DNA of 64,000 nt, from NCBI GenBank assembly GCA_021158125.1, contig JAGGVF010000012.1:91612-155611 (forward strand), given 5' to 3'. The notes beneath the pieces were generated by a model that was given only the letters and a program-made list of their open reading frames with translations, made no database searches and had not been told where the DNA came from. Below are positions 17,883 through 27,639 of the stretch, one piece after another (positions within the stretch are counted from its first letter, which is position 1; every line of letters begins with the position of its first letter). The translations under genes and the position numbers were made by a program. The stretch comes from Candidatus Bathyarchaeota archaeon. GTDB lineage: Archaea > Thermoproteota > Bathyarchaeia > Bathyarchaeales > WUQV01.

Positions 17883-18298
17883 GCGAGAAGAAGGGGGAAT
17901 CTGGAAGCAAAAAACTTGAAAAGTGGGGAGTAGCCCACATTTACAGCTCCTACAACAACACAATAGTTCACATAACCGATATTTCAGGAGCCGAAACAAT
18001 CGCCCGTACATCAGGAGGAATGTTTGTAAAAGCCGACAGACTCGAATCTTCACCTTACGCAGCTATGAGAGCAGCAGCCGCAGCAGCAGCCATAGCAAAG
18101 GACAGAGGAATAACAGCGTTACACATAAAAGTTAGAGCTCCAGGTGGTCCGGGGCCGAGAACCCCGGGACCAGGAGCCCAAGCAGCCATAAGAGCCTTAG
18201 CGAGAGCGGGATTCCGTATAGGAAGAATAGAGGAAGTAACGCCTATCCCCCACGACGGAACTAGAAGGCCTGGAGGAAGAAGGGGGAGAAGAGTTTAG
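17879..18298 (+). CDS. rps11: 30S ribosomal protein uS11
   Basis: [32 protein letters not shown]...[11 protein letters not shown]...[33 protein letters not shown]. Confidence 0.9.
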   Translation: MSEKKGESGSKKLEKWGVAHIYSSYNNTIVHITDISGAETIARTSGGMFVKADRLESSPYAAMRAAAAAAAIAKDRGITALHIKVRAPGGPGPRTPGPGAQAAIRALARAGFRIGRIEEVTPIPHDGTRRPGGRRGRRV

Positions 18299-18328
18299 AG
18301 TTTACAAGTTGAGCCAGACACCTACGCC

Positions 18329-18350
18329 TTTCCTTTTAGTTTTTTCTTCC
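18329..18350 (+). terminator. Oligo-T tract, candidate archaeal terminator after uS11
   Basis: CTTTCCTTTTAGTTTTTTCTTC (T4 and T6 runs) lies 30-50 nt after the uS11 stop, followed by a small hairpin GGCGA-CUAUU-UCGCC. Confidence 0.35.
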
Positions 18351-18547
18351 TACATTCTTTCCGGCGACTATTTCGCCTAAACTAGCATATACTTTGGGTA
18401 TATCTATAAAGTAGCCTACTGATTTGTAATAGATGAGTTGTTCTTTATCGTCTGTGCAGAATTTAAGGTTACTCGCTGGAGTTTTCTCTTAACTTTACGT
18501 TCATGAGGGAAAAATTGAAATAAGGCTCTGGTCTCCTATTGAAAGGC

Positions 18548-18555
18548 ATATATAA
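18548..18555 (+). promoter_or_regulatory. Candidate TATA box for the rpoD transcription unit
   Basis: ATATATAA lies ~31-38 nt upstream of GTG 18586. Confidence 0.35.
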
Positions 18556-18585
18556 TGTGAATGATGTTTGGGAGTGTCTGCGTAG

Positions 18586-19422
18586 GTGGAGATTGAGATA
18601 CTGGAAAAGAACGACATTAGCATGAAAATGTTAGTTAAGGATGTAGATGTTGCCTTTATGAACACGTTAAGGAGAATAATTTTGGCTGAAGTTCCCTGTA
18701 TGGCCATAGACGAAGTTGTCATAATTGAGAACTCCTCAGTTCTACACGACGAGATATTAGCGCATAGATTAGGGTTAATACCGCTGAAAACAGATTTAGA
18801 CGCATACAACCTTCCCGAAGAATGCCCATGCAAAAGTGAATTCGGCTGCAACCTCTGCCGAGTTTCGCTAACTCTAGATGTGGAAGCTGGCGAGGAAGGA
18901 AGAGTAGTCTATTCAGGCGATTTAGTCTCCGAAAATCCAGACATTGCGCCGGTCAGCAATAAAATTCCCATAGTTAAATTAGCTCCTAACCAGAAGATTA
19001 GGCTTGAAGCCTATGCGAGGCTTGGTCGTGGAAAGGATCATGCAAAATGGCAGCCAGTTTCTGTCTGTGCATATAAATATATGCCTAAAATAACGGTTGA
19101 CAAAGAAAGATGCGACGGATGCGGAAAATGCGTTGAAATATGTCCAAAACAAGTTTTAGTAAAAGTTGGAGACAACGTTGAAGTTAGAAAGCTTCTGGAC
19201 TGCACACTCTGCGAGGATTGCCGAGACGTATGCCCTAAAGACCCACCAGCTGTAGAGGTTAGCTGGGAGAAAAATTCTTTCATATTTAACATAGAGTCAA
19301 ACGGCGTTCTTCCAATTGAAAGAATAGTAACTGAGGCTTTGAAAATTCTTGAGAAGAAGTGTAATGAATTTGAAGAGGAAATACTTAGCCTAGGCGAGGT
19401 TGAAGAGGTTGAAGAAGCTTAA
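18586..19422 (+). CDS. rpoD: RNA polymerase subunit D (Rpo3) with ferredoxin-like Fe-S domain
   Basis: FMNTLRRIILAEVPCMAIDEVVIIENSSVLHDEILAHRLGLIPL. Two CxxCxxCxxxCP motifs are present (CDGCGKCVEICP and CTLCEDCRDVCP). Confidence 0.9.
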   Translation: MEIEILEKNDISMKMLVKDVDVAFMNTLRRIILAEVPCMAIDEVVIIENSSVLHDEILAHRLGLIPLKTDLDAYNLPEECPCKSEFGCNLCRVSLTLDVEAGEEGRVVYSGDLVSENPDIAPVSNKIPIVKLAPNQKIRLEAYARLGRGKDHAKWQPVSVCAYKYMPKITVDKERCDGCGKCVEICPKQVLVKVGDNVEVRKLLDCTLCEDCRDVCPKDPPAVEVSWEKNSFIFNIESNGVLPIERIVTEALKILEKKCNEFEEEILSLGEVEEVEEA

Positions 19423-19771
19423 AATCACAAATCCGGAGCTTTTGAAGCTTATACGCTTCTTAAAGAAGAAAGCGGTGGAGAATAAAGCGGAAATCTGGAG
19501 AGATATAGCTGAAAGACTGGCTGTTTCCAGAAGGAGAAGAATAGCGGTTAATGTAAGTAAGATAAATCGTTACACCGAGAAAGGCGACGTTGTAGTTGTT
19601 CCCGGGAAAGTTTTAGGCGCCGGAAAACTTGAACATAAAGTTACAGTTGCAGCCTTTTCATTCTCTGAAGCAGCTAAAAACAAGATATTAAAGGCTAAGG
19701 GAAAATGTCTAACAATTCCAGATTTGGTAAAGAAGAACCCGAAAGGAAGTAACGTAAAAATTATTAGGTGA
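19400..19771 (+). CDS. rpl18e: 50S ribosomal protein eL18
   Basis: TNPELLKLIRFLKKKAVENKAEIWRDIAERLAVSRRRRIAVNVSKINRYT. The start is TTG 19400 or TTG 19409, overlapping the rpoD end. Confidence 0.82.
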   Translation: MKRLKKLKITNPELLKLIRFLKKKAVENKAEIWRDIAERLAVSRRRRIAVNVSKINRYTEKGDVVVVPGKVLGAGKLEHKVTVAAFSFSEAAKNKILKAKGKCLTIPDLVKKNPKGSNVKIIR

Positions 19772-20217
19772 AAAACATGGAATCAACTCAAACCACAATA
19801 ATTGACGCTTCAAACCTTATCTTAGGCAGAATGGCCAGCGTAGTCGCTAAAAGACTTCTTCAAGGGGAGAACATCATTATTGTGAATGCTGAAAAAGCAG
19901 TTGTATCTGGGAAAAAGAAGGCGGTTGTCAGGGAAAGAAAAGAATTCCTTGAAGTTGGACATCCTTGGAAGGGACCTTTCCATTATAGGCGTCCAGACAG
20001 GTTCATAAGAAGAACAGTAAGGGGAATGCTTCCATATCATCAGCCGAAGGGGAAACAAGCCTACAAGAGGCTCCGCGTTTACATAGGTGTCCCGGAAGAG
20101 TTAAAAGATAAGCCTATGGAAACCATTCCAGAAGCAAGTGCAAGTAAACTGAAATGTTCATATACAACGGTTGGAGAACTAGCAAAGGAAATAGGATGGA
20201 ACCCAAAAGGTGGTTAA
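19768..20217 (+). CDS. rpl13: 50S ribosomal protein uL13
   Basis: IIDASNLILGRMASVVAKRLLQGENIIIVNAEKAVVSG...RTVRGMLP...GKQAYKRLRVYIG. Confidence 0.9.
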   Translation: MKNMESTQTTIIDASNLILGRMASVVAKRLLQGENIIIVNAEKAVVSGKKKAVVRERKEFLEVGHPWKGPFHYRRPDRFIRRTVRGMLPYHQPKGKQAYKRLRVYIGVPEELKDKPMETIPEASASKLKCSYTTVGELAKEIGWNPKGG

Positions 20218-20619
20218 ATGCCGAAAATCATACTTACAAGCGGTAAAAGAAAAACCGCAATTGCAAGAGCCACAATAAAGCCTGGAAGGGGAAGAATAAG
20301 AATAAATAAGATTCCACTTGAAATTTGGGAGCCTAAAATAGCAAGAGATAAAATAATGGAACCTTTAATGCTTGCAGGAGACGCTTGGAAACAAGTTGAC
20401 ATAGATGTGAAGGTGCAAGGCGGAGGATTCATGGGTCAAGCGGAAGCCGTGAGGATGGCCATAGCGAGAGGCTTGCTCAAGTGGACAAAAAGCAGCCACT
20501 TACGAACCTTATTCCTAACGTATGACAGAACAATGCTTGCAGGAGACCCCAGAAAGAAAGAAATGAAAAAATTCGGAGGACCGGGTGCAAGGGCGAGAGA
20601 CCAGAAAAGCTACCGTTAA
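20218..20619 (+). CDS. rps9: 30S ribosomal protein uS9
   Basis: [24 protein letters not shown]...[26 protein letters not shown]...[14 protein letters not shown]. Confidence 0.9.
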   Translation: MPKIILTSGKRKTAIARATIKPGRGRIRINKIPLEIWEPKIARDKIMEPLMLAGDAWKQVDIDVKVQGGGFMGQAEAVRMAIARGLLKWTKSSHLRTLFLTYDRTMLAGDPRKKEMKKFGGPGARARDQKSYR

Positions 20620-20636
20620 AATTTGGAGGATAAAAA

Positions 20637-20864
20637 ATGATAATACCCATAAGATGCTTCACATGCGGCAAGTTAATAGCCGACAAATGGGAAGAATTCG
20701 CTGAAAGAGTTAAAGCCGGAGAAGACCCAGGGAAAGTTCTTGACAGTATGGGAATTAAAAGGTACTGCTGCCGCAGAATGCTCCTATCCCACATTGACAT
20801 TCTAGATGAAATTCTCAAATTTTACGAAGAAGCAAACAAGGCCGGATGGACTAAACCCTACTAA
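20637..20864 (+). CDS. rpoN: RNA polymerase subunit N (Rpo10)
   Basis: [21 protein letters not shown]...[17 protein letters not shown] is the zinc-binding RpoN signature. Confidence 0.88.
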   Translation: MIIPIRCFTCGKLIADKWEEFAERVKAGEDPGKVLDSMGIKRYCCRRMLLSHIDILDEILKFYEEANKAGWTKPY

Positions 20865-20877
20865 AACGGTGAAAAGA

Positions 20878-22128
20878 ATGTCAACCACAATCGAGGATGT
20901 AATTGCAAGAAAAGTTTTCAACAGCAGAGGAGAAGAAACCATCGAAATCGACATAATAACCTCCATGGGATTCGGAAGGGCATCAGCCCCCTCCGGAGCA
21001 AGCAGAGGAAAAGCAGAAGTTACTCCATATCCAAAAGGCGGAATCGACGAAGCCATAAAGAAAGTTGAACAAACTATAGCACCGGAGCTGATAGGTTTAA
21101 ACGCCGACAGTCAAGAAGAAATCGACGGCCTCCTCCACTCTTTAGATGGAACAAACAACTTCAGCAACATAGGCGGAAACACGGCCTTCGCAGTGTCGCT
21201 TGCAGTCGCAGATGCAGCGGCAAACACCTACGGCTTGCCACTATTTCAATATCTCGGCGGATATTATGCAAAGGAACTTCCCTATCCCCTCGGAAATGTC
21301 TTAAGCGGGGGGAAACATACACGTGGAAAAGGCCCAGAGATACAGGAATTCTTAATACTGCCAGTTGGAGCCTCATCATTTTTTGAGGCTCAGAAAGCAA
21401 ATACCCTAGTTCATAAGAAGGTTGAGAAGGCTCTTGAAAAGAAAGATAAATCCTTTACTGGCGGTAAAAGCGATGAAGGGGCTTGGACTTGCTCTCTTTC
21501 AAACGAAGAAGCCTTAGAAGTTGTTGCTAAGGCTTGTGAAGAAGTTTCAAACGAAATTGGTTTTGAATGTAAATTAGGCTTAGACGTAGCCGCTTCAACC
21601 TTCTGGAACCAAAAAAAGAAACGTTACATGTATAGAAATGGAAAAAGAAGCCTAGATTCAGGAGAACAGTTAGAATATGTTCTAAATCTCATTAGAACTT
21701 ACGATCTCATTTATGTTGAAGACCCGTTTCACGAAAATGATTTTAAAAGCTTTGCTGAACTAACTAAGAAAGTTAAAAACTGCCTCATATGCGGCGACGA
21801 CTTGTTCGTTACAAACCTTAAAAGACTTAAAAAGGGAATTAAGTTAGGTTCAGCTAACGCCATAATAATTAAAGTTAATCAGATTGGAACTTTAACTGAT
21901 GCTTGGGAAACCGTCAGAATGGCAAAGGAAACGGGCTACGTACCCGTAGTTTCACATAGGTCTGGGGACACCGTTGACAATCATATAGCCCATTTAGCCG
22001 TTGGGCTTTCATGTCCAATAATTAAAACTGGAGTAGTTGAAGGAGCTAGAATAGCCAAGCTAAATGAACTTGTAAGAATTGAGGAAATGCTTGGGGAAAG
22101 AGCCTTAATGGCTCAACTCAAAGTTTAG
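20878..22128 (+). CDS. eno: Enolase (phosphopyruvate hydratase)
   Basis: ATG 20878 gives MSTTIEDVIARKVFNSRGEETIEIDI...APSGASRGKAE...IKVNQIGTLTDA...SHRSGDT. The track start at 20806 overlaps rpoN and is unlikely. Confidence 0.88.
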   Translation: MSTTIEDVIARKVFNSRGEETIEIDIITSMGFGRASAPSGASRGKAEVTPYPKGGIDEAIKKVEQTIAPELIGLNADSQEEIDGLLHSLDGTNNFSNIGGNTAFAVSLAVADAAANTYGLPLFQYLGGYYAKELPYPLGNVLSGGKHTRGKGPEIQEFLILPVGASSFFEAQKANTLVHKKVEKALEKKDKSFTGGKSDEGAWTCSLSNEEALEVVAKACEEVSNEIGFECKLGLDVAASTFWNQKKKRYMYRNGKRSLDSGEQLEYVLNLIRTYDLIYVEDPFHENDFKSFAELTKKVKNCLICGDDLFVTNLKRLKKGIKLGSANAIIIKVNQIGTLTDAWETVRMAKETGYVPVVSHRSGDTVDNHIAHLAVGLSCPIIKTGVVEGARIAKLNELVRIEEMLGERALMAQLKV

Positions 22129-22221
22129 GAGGGGAAAAACTCGGAAAAAGAAAAAGATAAAGATGAAAGTTCAGCTGAGAAGGCTTCTACAGAAGAGGAG
22201 CTCCTCCTTCCACGGGATACG

Positions 22222-22797
22222 TTGCTTTCAGCTGGAATACATATAGGGACAAGAATTAAAACTAAAAACATGGAACCGTTCATCTACAGAGTTAGACCCG
22301 ACGGCCTATACGTTTTAGACATAAAGAAAACTGATGAGCGAATAAGAGTGGCCGCCAAATTCCTTTCTAGATTCGAACCTTCAAAAATCGCCGTTGTAGC
22401 CTCTAGGCTTTATGGAAGACAGCCAGTAAGGAAGTTCTGCGAACTGACCGGAGCCATCCCGATAGTTGGAAGGTTTATTCCAGGCTCGCTTTCAAATCCG
22501 CTTTATCCAAACAGAATTGAACCAGAAGTCATAGTTGTTACGGATCCAAGGGCAGACTCTCAGGCTGTAACTGAAGCAGCTAAGGTAGGTGTACCAGTTG
22601 TTGCCCTTTGTAGCACGGACAACAACTTCGAAGGAATAGACCTAATAATTCCCACGAACAATAAGGGTAGAAAAGCACTTGCGACAATTTATTGGCTTTT
22701 AGCCCGTCAAGTTTTGAGGGAAAGAGGGGAACTCGCCCCAGACCAAGATTTAAATGTTCCAATAGAAGATTTTCAAACTAAACTTGAAGAAATGTAG
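22222..22797 (+). CDS. rps2: 30S ribosomal protein uS2 (coordinates from first canonical start; true N-terminus probably upstream)
   Basis: [41 protein letters not shown]. The conserved uS2 N-terminal motif EELLLPRDT lies upstream of TTG 22222 in the same frame, with no ATG/GTG/TTG before it (see findings). Confidence 0.85.
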   Translation: MLSAGIHIGTRIKTKNMEPFIYRVRPDGLYVLDIKKTDERIRVAAKFLSRFEPSKIAVVASRLYGRQPVRKFCELTGAIPIVGRFIPGSLSNPLYPNRIEPEVIVVTDPRADSQAVTEAAKVGVPVVALCSTDNNFEGIDLIIPTNNKGRKALATIYWLLARQVLRERGELAPDQDLNVPIEDFQTKLEEM

Positions 22798-22805
22798 GCG
22801 ATTAT

Positions 22806-23654
22806 ATGAAGATTAGGAGGCCGTCTCAAGCTGGAATGTTCTATGCTGGAACCGCAGAGTCGTTAAAAAAGCAAATTGAAGAATGCTTCCTCCACAAGTT
22901 GGGTCCAGGAAAAATTCCCAAAGTCGCCAAAAGTGGGCCTCGAAAAGTTGTGGGGCTTATATGCCCGCATGCTGGCTACGTTTATTCCGGCCCAGTAGCC
23001 GCCCATTCCTATTATCGCCTTGCCAGAGATGGAATACCAGAAGTTTTCGTTATTTTAGGTCCAAATCACATGGGTTACGGAAGCGCAATTGCATTGATGA
23101 ATGAGGGAATTTGGAGAACCCCCCTCGGAGACATCGAGATAGACTATCAGACGGCAAGTAAGATTTTGAGAGCCTCCGAAGTTATAGACATAGACGATAC
23201 AGCTCACAGATTTGAACATTCAATTGAAGTTCAACTTCCATTCCTCCAATATTTGTACGGGTCCGAATTCAAGTTTGTTCCAATAGCATTTCTAATGCAA
23301 GATTTGGAATCAAGCCGAGAAGTTGGAAGGGCGCTGGCAAAAGCCCTAGAAGGAAAAAACGCTGTGATAATTGCTTCTACAGATATGACTCATTACGAAC
23401 CACATGAACAAGCAGTACGTAAGGATAAACTTGCATTAACTGCAGTAGAAAAATTAAACGAAGAAGAATTTTACTCCATAATTGAATCCTACAACATTTC
23501 AGCCTGCGGATACGGCCCAGTAGCCGCCTTAATAACTGCAGCCAAACTTTTAGGAGTTAAAAAGGCTGAAATCCTATGTTACAAAACAAGCGGGGATGTA
23601 ACCGGAGATTACTCAAGCGTTGTTGGCTATGCCTCAGCTTGCTTCACGAAATAG
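22806..23654 (+). CDS. MEMO1-family protein (AmmeMemoRadiSam system protein B-like)
   Basis: RRPSQAGMFYAG...ICPHAGYVYSGPVAAHSY...ILGPNHMG...EHSIEVQLPFLQY. Confidence 0.8.
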   Translation: MKIRRPSQAGMFYAGTAESLKKQIEECFLHKLGPGKIPKVAKSGPRKVVGLICPHAGYVYSGPVAAHSYYRLARDGIPEVFVILGPNHMGYGSAIALMNEGIWRTPLGDIEIDYQTASKILRASEVIDIDDTAHRFEHSIEVQLPFLQYLYGSEFKFVPIAFLMQDLESSREVGRALAKALEGKNAVIIASTDMTHYEPHEQAVRKDKLALTAVEKLNEEEFYSIIESYNISACGYGPVAALITAAKLLGVKKAEILCYKTSGDVTGDYSSVVGYASACFTK

Positions 23655-23663
23655 GTGTAAAAT

Positions 23664-24647
23664 TTGGAGGTAACTGCCTCTGCACCTGCAAAAGTCATAC
23701 TTTTCGGAGAACACTTCGTCGTTTACGGAAAACCAGCAATAGTGATGGCAATAGATAAGAGGGCATACGTAAAGGCAAAACCAAGAGAAGATGAAAGAAT
23801 TCACATACGTTCAGTGAACCTGGAAGTCTCAGGATTCTTTGAAAATGAAAAATTTATACCGGAATCCGGAGGATTCAAAGCTAAAGAAAAACTTGAACCA
23901 ATAAGGATAATAGCTGAAAAAATCTTTGAAAAATCAGAGAAAAGGTTCGGAGTGGACATAGAAGTAGATTCTAAGATTCCAGTTGCAGCTGGATTGGGTT
24001 CCTCAGCTGCAGTAGCAGCGGCAACAGCCATGGCTTTAAGCAGACTAGCAAACTTCAAAATTTCAACAGATGAAGTATTCGAAATAGCCTACGAAGCGGA
24101 AAGATTAATCCATGGAACCCCTTCGGGAATAGATCCAGCCATCTCAACTTACGGCGGCATAATCCTGTTCAAAAAAAGTGAAGGATTCCATAAGTTAAAG
24201 GTTGACTACAGTCTTCCACTCGTCGTTGGAGACACTGGATTAGAACGTTCCACCGGCGACCTTGTGGCAAAGGTTCGTAAAAATAGGGAAAAGTATCCAT
24301 CGATAATTGAGCCTATAATTGAGGTTGGTGGGAGAATAGTTGAAAGGGCTATAGAGGCTCTTAAAAAAGCCGAGTTGGAAGTCTTAGGTGAATTAATGAA
24401 TATTAACCATTCGCTTCTTTCGGCAGTCGGAGTTTCCCATGAATGTTTGGATAGACTTGTTAACGCCGCTAGGATGGCTGGAGCCTTAGGCGCAAAACTT
24501 ACTGGCGCTGGTGGTGGAGGATGCATAATCGCCTTAGCTCAAAAGGAAATGTTGGAGCATGTAGCATTAGCCATTGAACAAGCTGGAGGCATACCCTTCA
24601 TAGCTGAGAAAACCCCTGAAGGAGTGAGAATTGAAAAGGAAAGCTAA
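23664..24647 (+). CDS. mvk: Mevalonate kinase
   Basis: APAKVILFGEHFVVYG; GHMP motif PVAAGLGSSAAVAAA; KLTGAGGGGC. Confidence 0.88.
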   Translation: MEVTASAPAKVILFGEHFVVYGKPAIVMAIDKRAYVKAKPREDERIHIRSVNLEVSGFFENEKFIPESGGFKAKEKLEPIRIIAEKIFEKSEKRFGVDIEVDSKIPVAAGLGSSAAVAAATAMALSRLANFKISTDEVFEIAYEAERLIHGTPSGIDPAISTYGGIILFKKSEGFHKLKVDYSLPLVVGDTGLERSTGDLVAKVRKNREKYPSIIEPIIEVGGRIVERAIEALKKAELEVLGELMNINHSLLSAVGVSHECLDRLVNAARMAGALGAKLTGAGGGGCIIALAQKEMLEHVALAIEQAGGIPFIAEKTPEGVRIEKES

Positions 24648-25431
24648 ACCTACAATTCTAAAGTTAGGCGGCTCAGTGATCACAAAGAAGGAGAAGCCAT
24701 TAACCCCAAATAAACCAGCCATAAAACGCCTTGCAAAGGAGATTTCAAAAGCAAAAGTTGAAAAACTAGTCATAATTCACGGCGGAGGAAGCTATGGACA
24801 TCCACTGGCAAAAGAGTATGAATTAAATCAAGGCTTCAAAAACACCATTCAACTTATCGGCTTTTCAAAAACACGTTGGGCAATGTCTACGCTTAACGCA
24901 TTAATTGTTGAGGCTTTGGTAAATTGCAATGTTCCGGCCGTTGCTGTTTGCCCCTCATCATTTATCATTACGAAGCATGGTCGAATTGAAAAGGTAGACT
25001 GGAAGGTTGTTGCGAAGCTTCTCGAAATGGGCTTTGTTCCAGTTCTTTACGGCGACGCAGTTCTTGATTCAAGTATTGGATTCACAATTTTAAGTGGAGA
25101 CCAGCTGGTTTCCGAATTAGCAATAAAATTTGATGCAAAACGCATAATAATAGGCGTGGATGTTGACGGCTTATACACTTCAGACCCGAAAACCAACGCT
25201 TCGGCAAAGCTGATAAAGGAGATAAACCTTGAAAAGCTCAACAAATACCAAAGCATGATCGAAAGCTCGAAGACCGTTGACGTCACCGGTGGAATGCTTG
25301 GCAAAATATCGGAATTGAAAAGAGCCATACAACATGGAATCACAGTTCTAATCGTGAACGCACTTAAACCCAATAAAATTTACAAGGCTCTTCGAAATGA
25401 AAGAGTTGTCGGAACCCTCATAAAAAGGTGA
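24631..25431 (+). CDS. Isopentenyl phosphate kinase (amino-acid-kinase fold)
   Basis: ILKLGGSVITKKEKP...VIIHGGGSYGH...ILSGDQ...GVDVDGLYTSDP. Sits between mvk and IDI-2. Confidence 0.82.
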   Translation: MKRKAKPTILKLGGSVITKKEKPLTPNKPAIKRLAKEISKAKVEKLVIIHGGGSYGHPLAKEYELNQGFKNTIQLIGFSKTRWAMSTLNALIVEALVNCNVPAVAVCPSSFIITKHGRIEKVDWKVVAKLLEMGFVPVLYGDAVLDSSIGFTILSGDQLVSELAIKFDAKRIIIGVDVDGLYTSDPKTNASAKLIKEINLEKLNKYQSMIESSKTVDVTGGMLGKISELKRAIQHGITVLIVNALKPNKIYKALRNERVVGTLIKR

Positions 25432-26543
25432 AATTGTTGAAAGATTTAACAAGGAAAAGAAAAGCAGACCACATAAACATATGCCTCGAAGAAAACGTGC
25501 AAGCAAGAAACATCACAACATGTTTTGAAGACATACATTTTATTCACAGAGCACTGCCAGAAATAAATAGGGAAGAAATAAGCTTAGAAACAGAAGTTTT
25601 CGGCCACAAGTTTTTAGCCCCAATAATCGTCGGTGCAATGACCGGCGGCACAGCGAAGGCCCTTAAAATAAACTCTTCAATAGCGAAAGCCGTAGAGGAA
25701 CTTGGCCTAGGAATGGGAGTTGGAAGCCAAAGAGCCGCAATAGAAAACGCGAAACTTGAAAAAACATTTTCAATAGCGAGAAAAAACGCTCCAACAGCCT
25801 TCTTAATAGCCAACATAGGCGGTCCGCAACTTGTTCAGGGCTATGGCCCAAAAGAGGTTAAGAAAGCTGTAGAAATGATAGAGGCAGATGCACTGGCAAT
25901 TCATTTAAATCCGCTGCAGGAAGCTATACAGCCAGAAGGAGAAACAAAATTTAAGGGATTGCTCAAAAAAATAGAACAAATTGTAGAAGTTCTAGATGTG
26001 CCAGTTATCGTAAAGGAGACTGGAGCTGGAATAGCCGCTGAAGATGCGAAAAAACTTGAGAGAATAGGCGTAGACGGAATAGATGTTGCTGGAGCCGGTG
26101 GAACAAGCTGGGCTGCAGTAGAATATTACCGAGCTAAGAAAACTGGAAATAAAGCATTACAAGTCCTCGGCGAAGTTTTTTGGGACTGGGGCATCCCAAC
26201 TGCAATAAGCCTTGTTGAAACAGTTCAATCGGTTAAGATACCGGTTATCGCTTCGGGAGGAATTAGAAACGGATTGCAAGCGGCAAAAGCTTTGGCTTTA
26301 GGTGCAAGCCTAACAAGCATTTCATCTCCGATCTTAAAGTATGCGGTTGAAGGCCCCGAGCAAGTTAAGAAAGCTTTAGAGCGAATTATTGAGGAAATTC
26401 GTAACGTAATGTTTCTTCTGGGAGCAGACTCCGTAGAAAAGTTAAGAAAGGTTCCGTTAGTTATAACTGGCAAAGCCTATGAGTGGTTAAAGATAAGAGG
26501 ATTTAACCCTGAATCCTACATTAGAAGGTCGTTTCACAAGTAG
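25428..26543 (+). CDS. fni: Isopentenyl-diphosphate delta-isomerase, type 2 (FMN-dependent)
   Basis: RKADHINICLEE...PIIVGAMTGG...GVGSQRAA...VKETGAGI...IDVAGAGGTSWAAVE...ASGGIRNGL. Confidence 0.88.
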   Translation: MKLLKDLTRKRKADHINICLEENVQARNITTCFEDIHFIHRALPEINREEISLETEVFGHKFLAPIIVGAMTGGTAKALKINSSIAKAVEELGLGMGVGSQRAAIENAKLEKTFSIARKNAPTAFLIANIGGPQLVQGYGPKEVKKAVEMIEADALAIHLNPLQEAIQPEGETKFKGLLKKIEQIVEVLDVPVIVKETGAGIAAEDAKKLERIGVDGIDVAGAGGTSWAAVEYYRAKKTGNKALQVLGEVFWDWGIPTAISLVETVQSVKIPVIASGGIRNGLQAAKALALGASLTSISSPILKYAVEGPEQVKKALERIIEEIRNVMFLLGADSVEKLRKVPLVITGKAYEWLKIRGFNPESYIRRSFHK

Positions 26544-26557
26544 GAGAGTGAAAATAT

Positions 26558-27628
26558 TTGAACATTGAAGAATTTCTCGGTAGGATAAAGCCAATAATTG
26601 ATAAGACTATTGAAAAGTATATTCCGAGAAAATTTGACGAAAAATCCGTCTTTTTCAAAGTTTGCCCCCCACGTTACACTTACAACCTTGAAGCCTTAAA
26701 TAAGGCTGTTGCAGAGCCAATATGGGAATTTCTGGACAGAGGGGGAAAACGTTGGCGGCCAGCGCTTTTCCTCCTAATAATTGAAGCTTTAGGGAAAAAT
26801 CCTGAAGAATTTCTAGATTTTGCCATCATCCCAGAAGTAATTCATAATGGTACAATAATGATTGATGACGTTGAAGACTCCTCAGAAATGCGCAGGGGAA
26901 AACCGTGCACGTACAGGATTTATGGAATTGACATAGCCATAAACGCTGGAAACGCCATGTACTACCTTCCACTAGTTACACTAATCAAAAATAGAGACAA
27001 ACTATCAAAAGAAAAGCTGAGCAAACTATACGAAATCTACGTTCAGGAAATGATAAATCTAAGCTTTGGCCAAGCAATGGACATAGCTTGGCATAAGGGT
27101 CTAGCAAACGCTGACGAAATAGACGTTGAAGATTACATGCAGATGTGCGCCTACAAGACTGGAACCTTAGCTCGTATGGCCGCAAAGATGGCTGCAGTGC
27201 TAGCTGACGCAAACGAGGAACTAGTTGAAAAACTTGGAAGATTCGCAGAGGCAATTGGAGTTGCATTTCAAATGCAAGACGACATCCTAGACCTAACAAG
27301 CGAAGAATTCGCCCAAAAAAAGGGAGGAAGAGGCCAAGACATCACAGAAGGGAAAAGAACTTTAATGGTAATTTACACCCTTAAAAGGGCATCTGAAAAC
27401 GACAGGAAAAGGCTTATTGAAATCTTAAACATGCACACTACAGACCAAAAACTTCGAGACGAAGCAATAGCGATAATGGAAAAATATAACGCAATAGAAT
27501 ACGCAAAAAACTATGCCAAAAAACTGGTTAACGAAAGCTGGAACAACATAGAGGCTCTTTTACCCCCTTCAAGTGCAAAGGAGAAGCTAAAAGCCTTTGC
27601 AAACTACTTAATTGAAAGAAAAATTTAG
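26558..27628 (+). CDS. Polyprenyl (geranylgeranyl) diphosphate synthase
   Basis: First DDxxD in IMIDDVEDSSEMRRGKP; second in FQMQDDILDL. Confidence 0.82.
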   Translation: MNIEEFLGRIKPIIDKTIEKYIPRKFDEKSVFFKVCPPRYTYNLEALNKAVAEPIWEFLDRGGKRWRPALFLLIIEALGKNPEEFLDFAIIPEVIHNGTIMIDDVEDSSEMRRGKPCTYRIYGIDIAINAGNAMYYLPLVTLIKNRDKLSKEKLSKLYEIYVQEMINLSFGQAMDIAWHKGLANADEIDVEDYMQMCAYKTGTLARMAAKMAAVLADANEELVEKLGRFAEAIGVAFQMQDDILDLTSEEFAQKKGGRGQDITEGKRTLMVIYTLKRASENDRKRLIEILNMHTTDQKLRDEAIAIMEKYNAIEYAKNYAKKLVNESWNNIEALLPPSSAKEKLKAFANYLIERKI

Positions 27629-27639
27629 GTGTCTAATAA

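Noticed and set aside
18559-18566. C-box-like AUGAUGU just upstream of rpoD
   Set aside because: No matching D box (CUGA) lies at the appropriate distance, and the element overlaps the predicted promoter/5' end of rpoD.
20806-20877. N-terminal 24-codon extension of the enolase ORF overlapping rpoN
   Set aside because: The extension ([24 protein letters not shown]) has no enolase homology. The conserved enolase N-terminus begins at ATG 20878 (MSTTIEDVIARKVFNSRGEETIE).
22126-22128. TAG read as a sense codon (e.g. pyrrolysine) to explain the enolase/uS2 in-frame junction
   Set aside because: TAG clearly terminates many genes in this window (uL5, uS14, uS8, eL41, PHI, MEMO-like), each followed by correctly spaced downstream genes. 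No pyl genes are visible. It is kept only as a low-probability read-through option in the uS2 finding.
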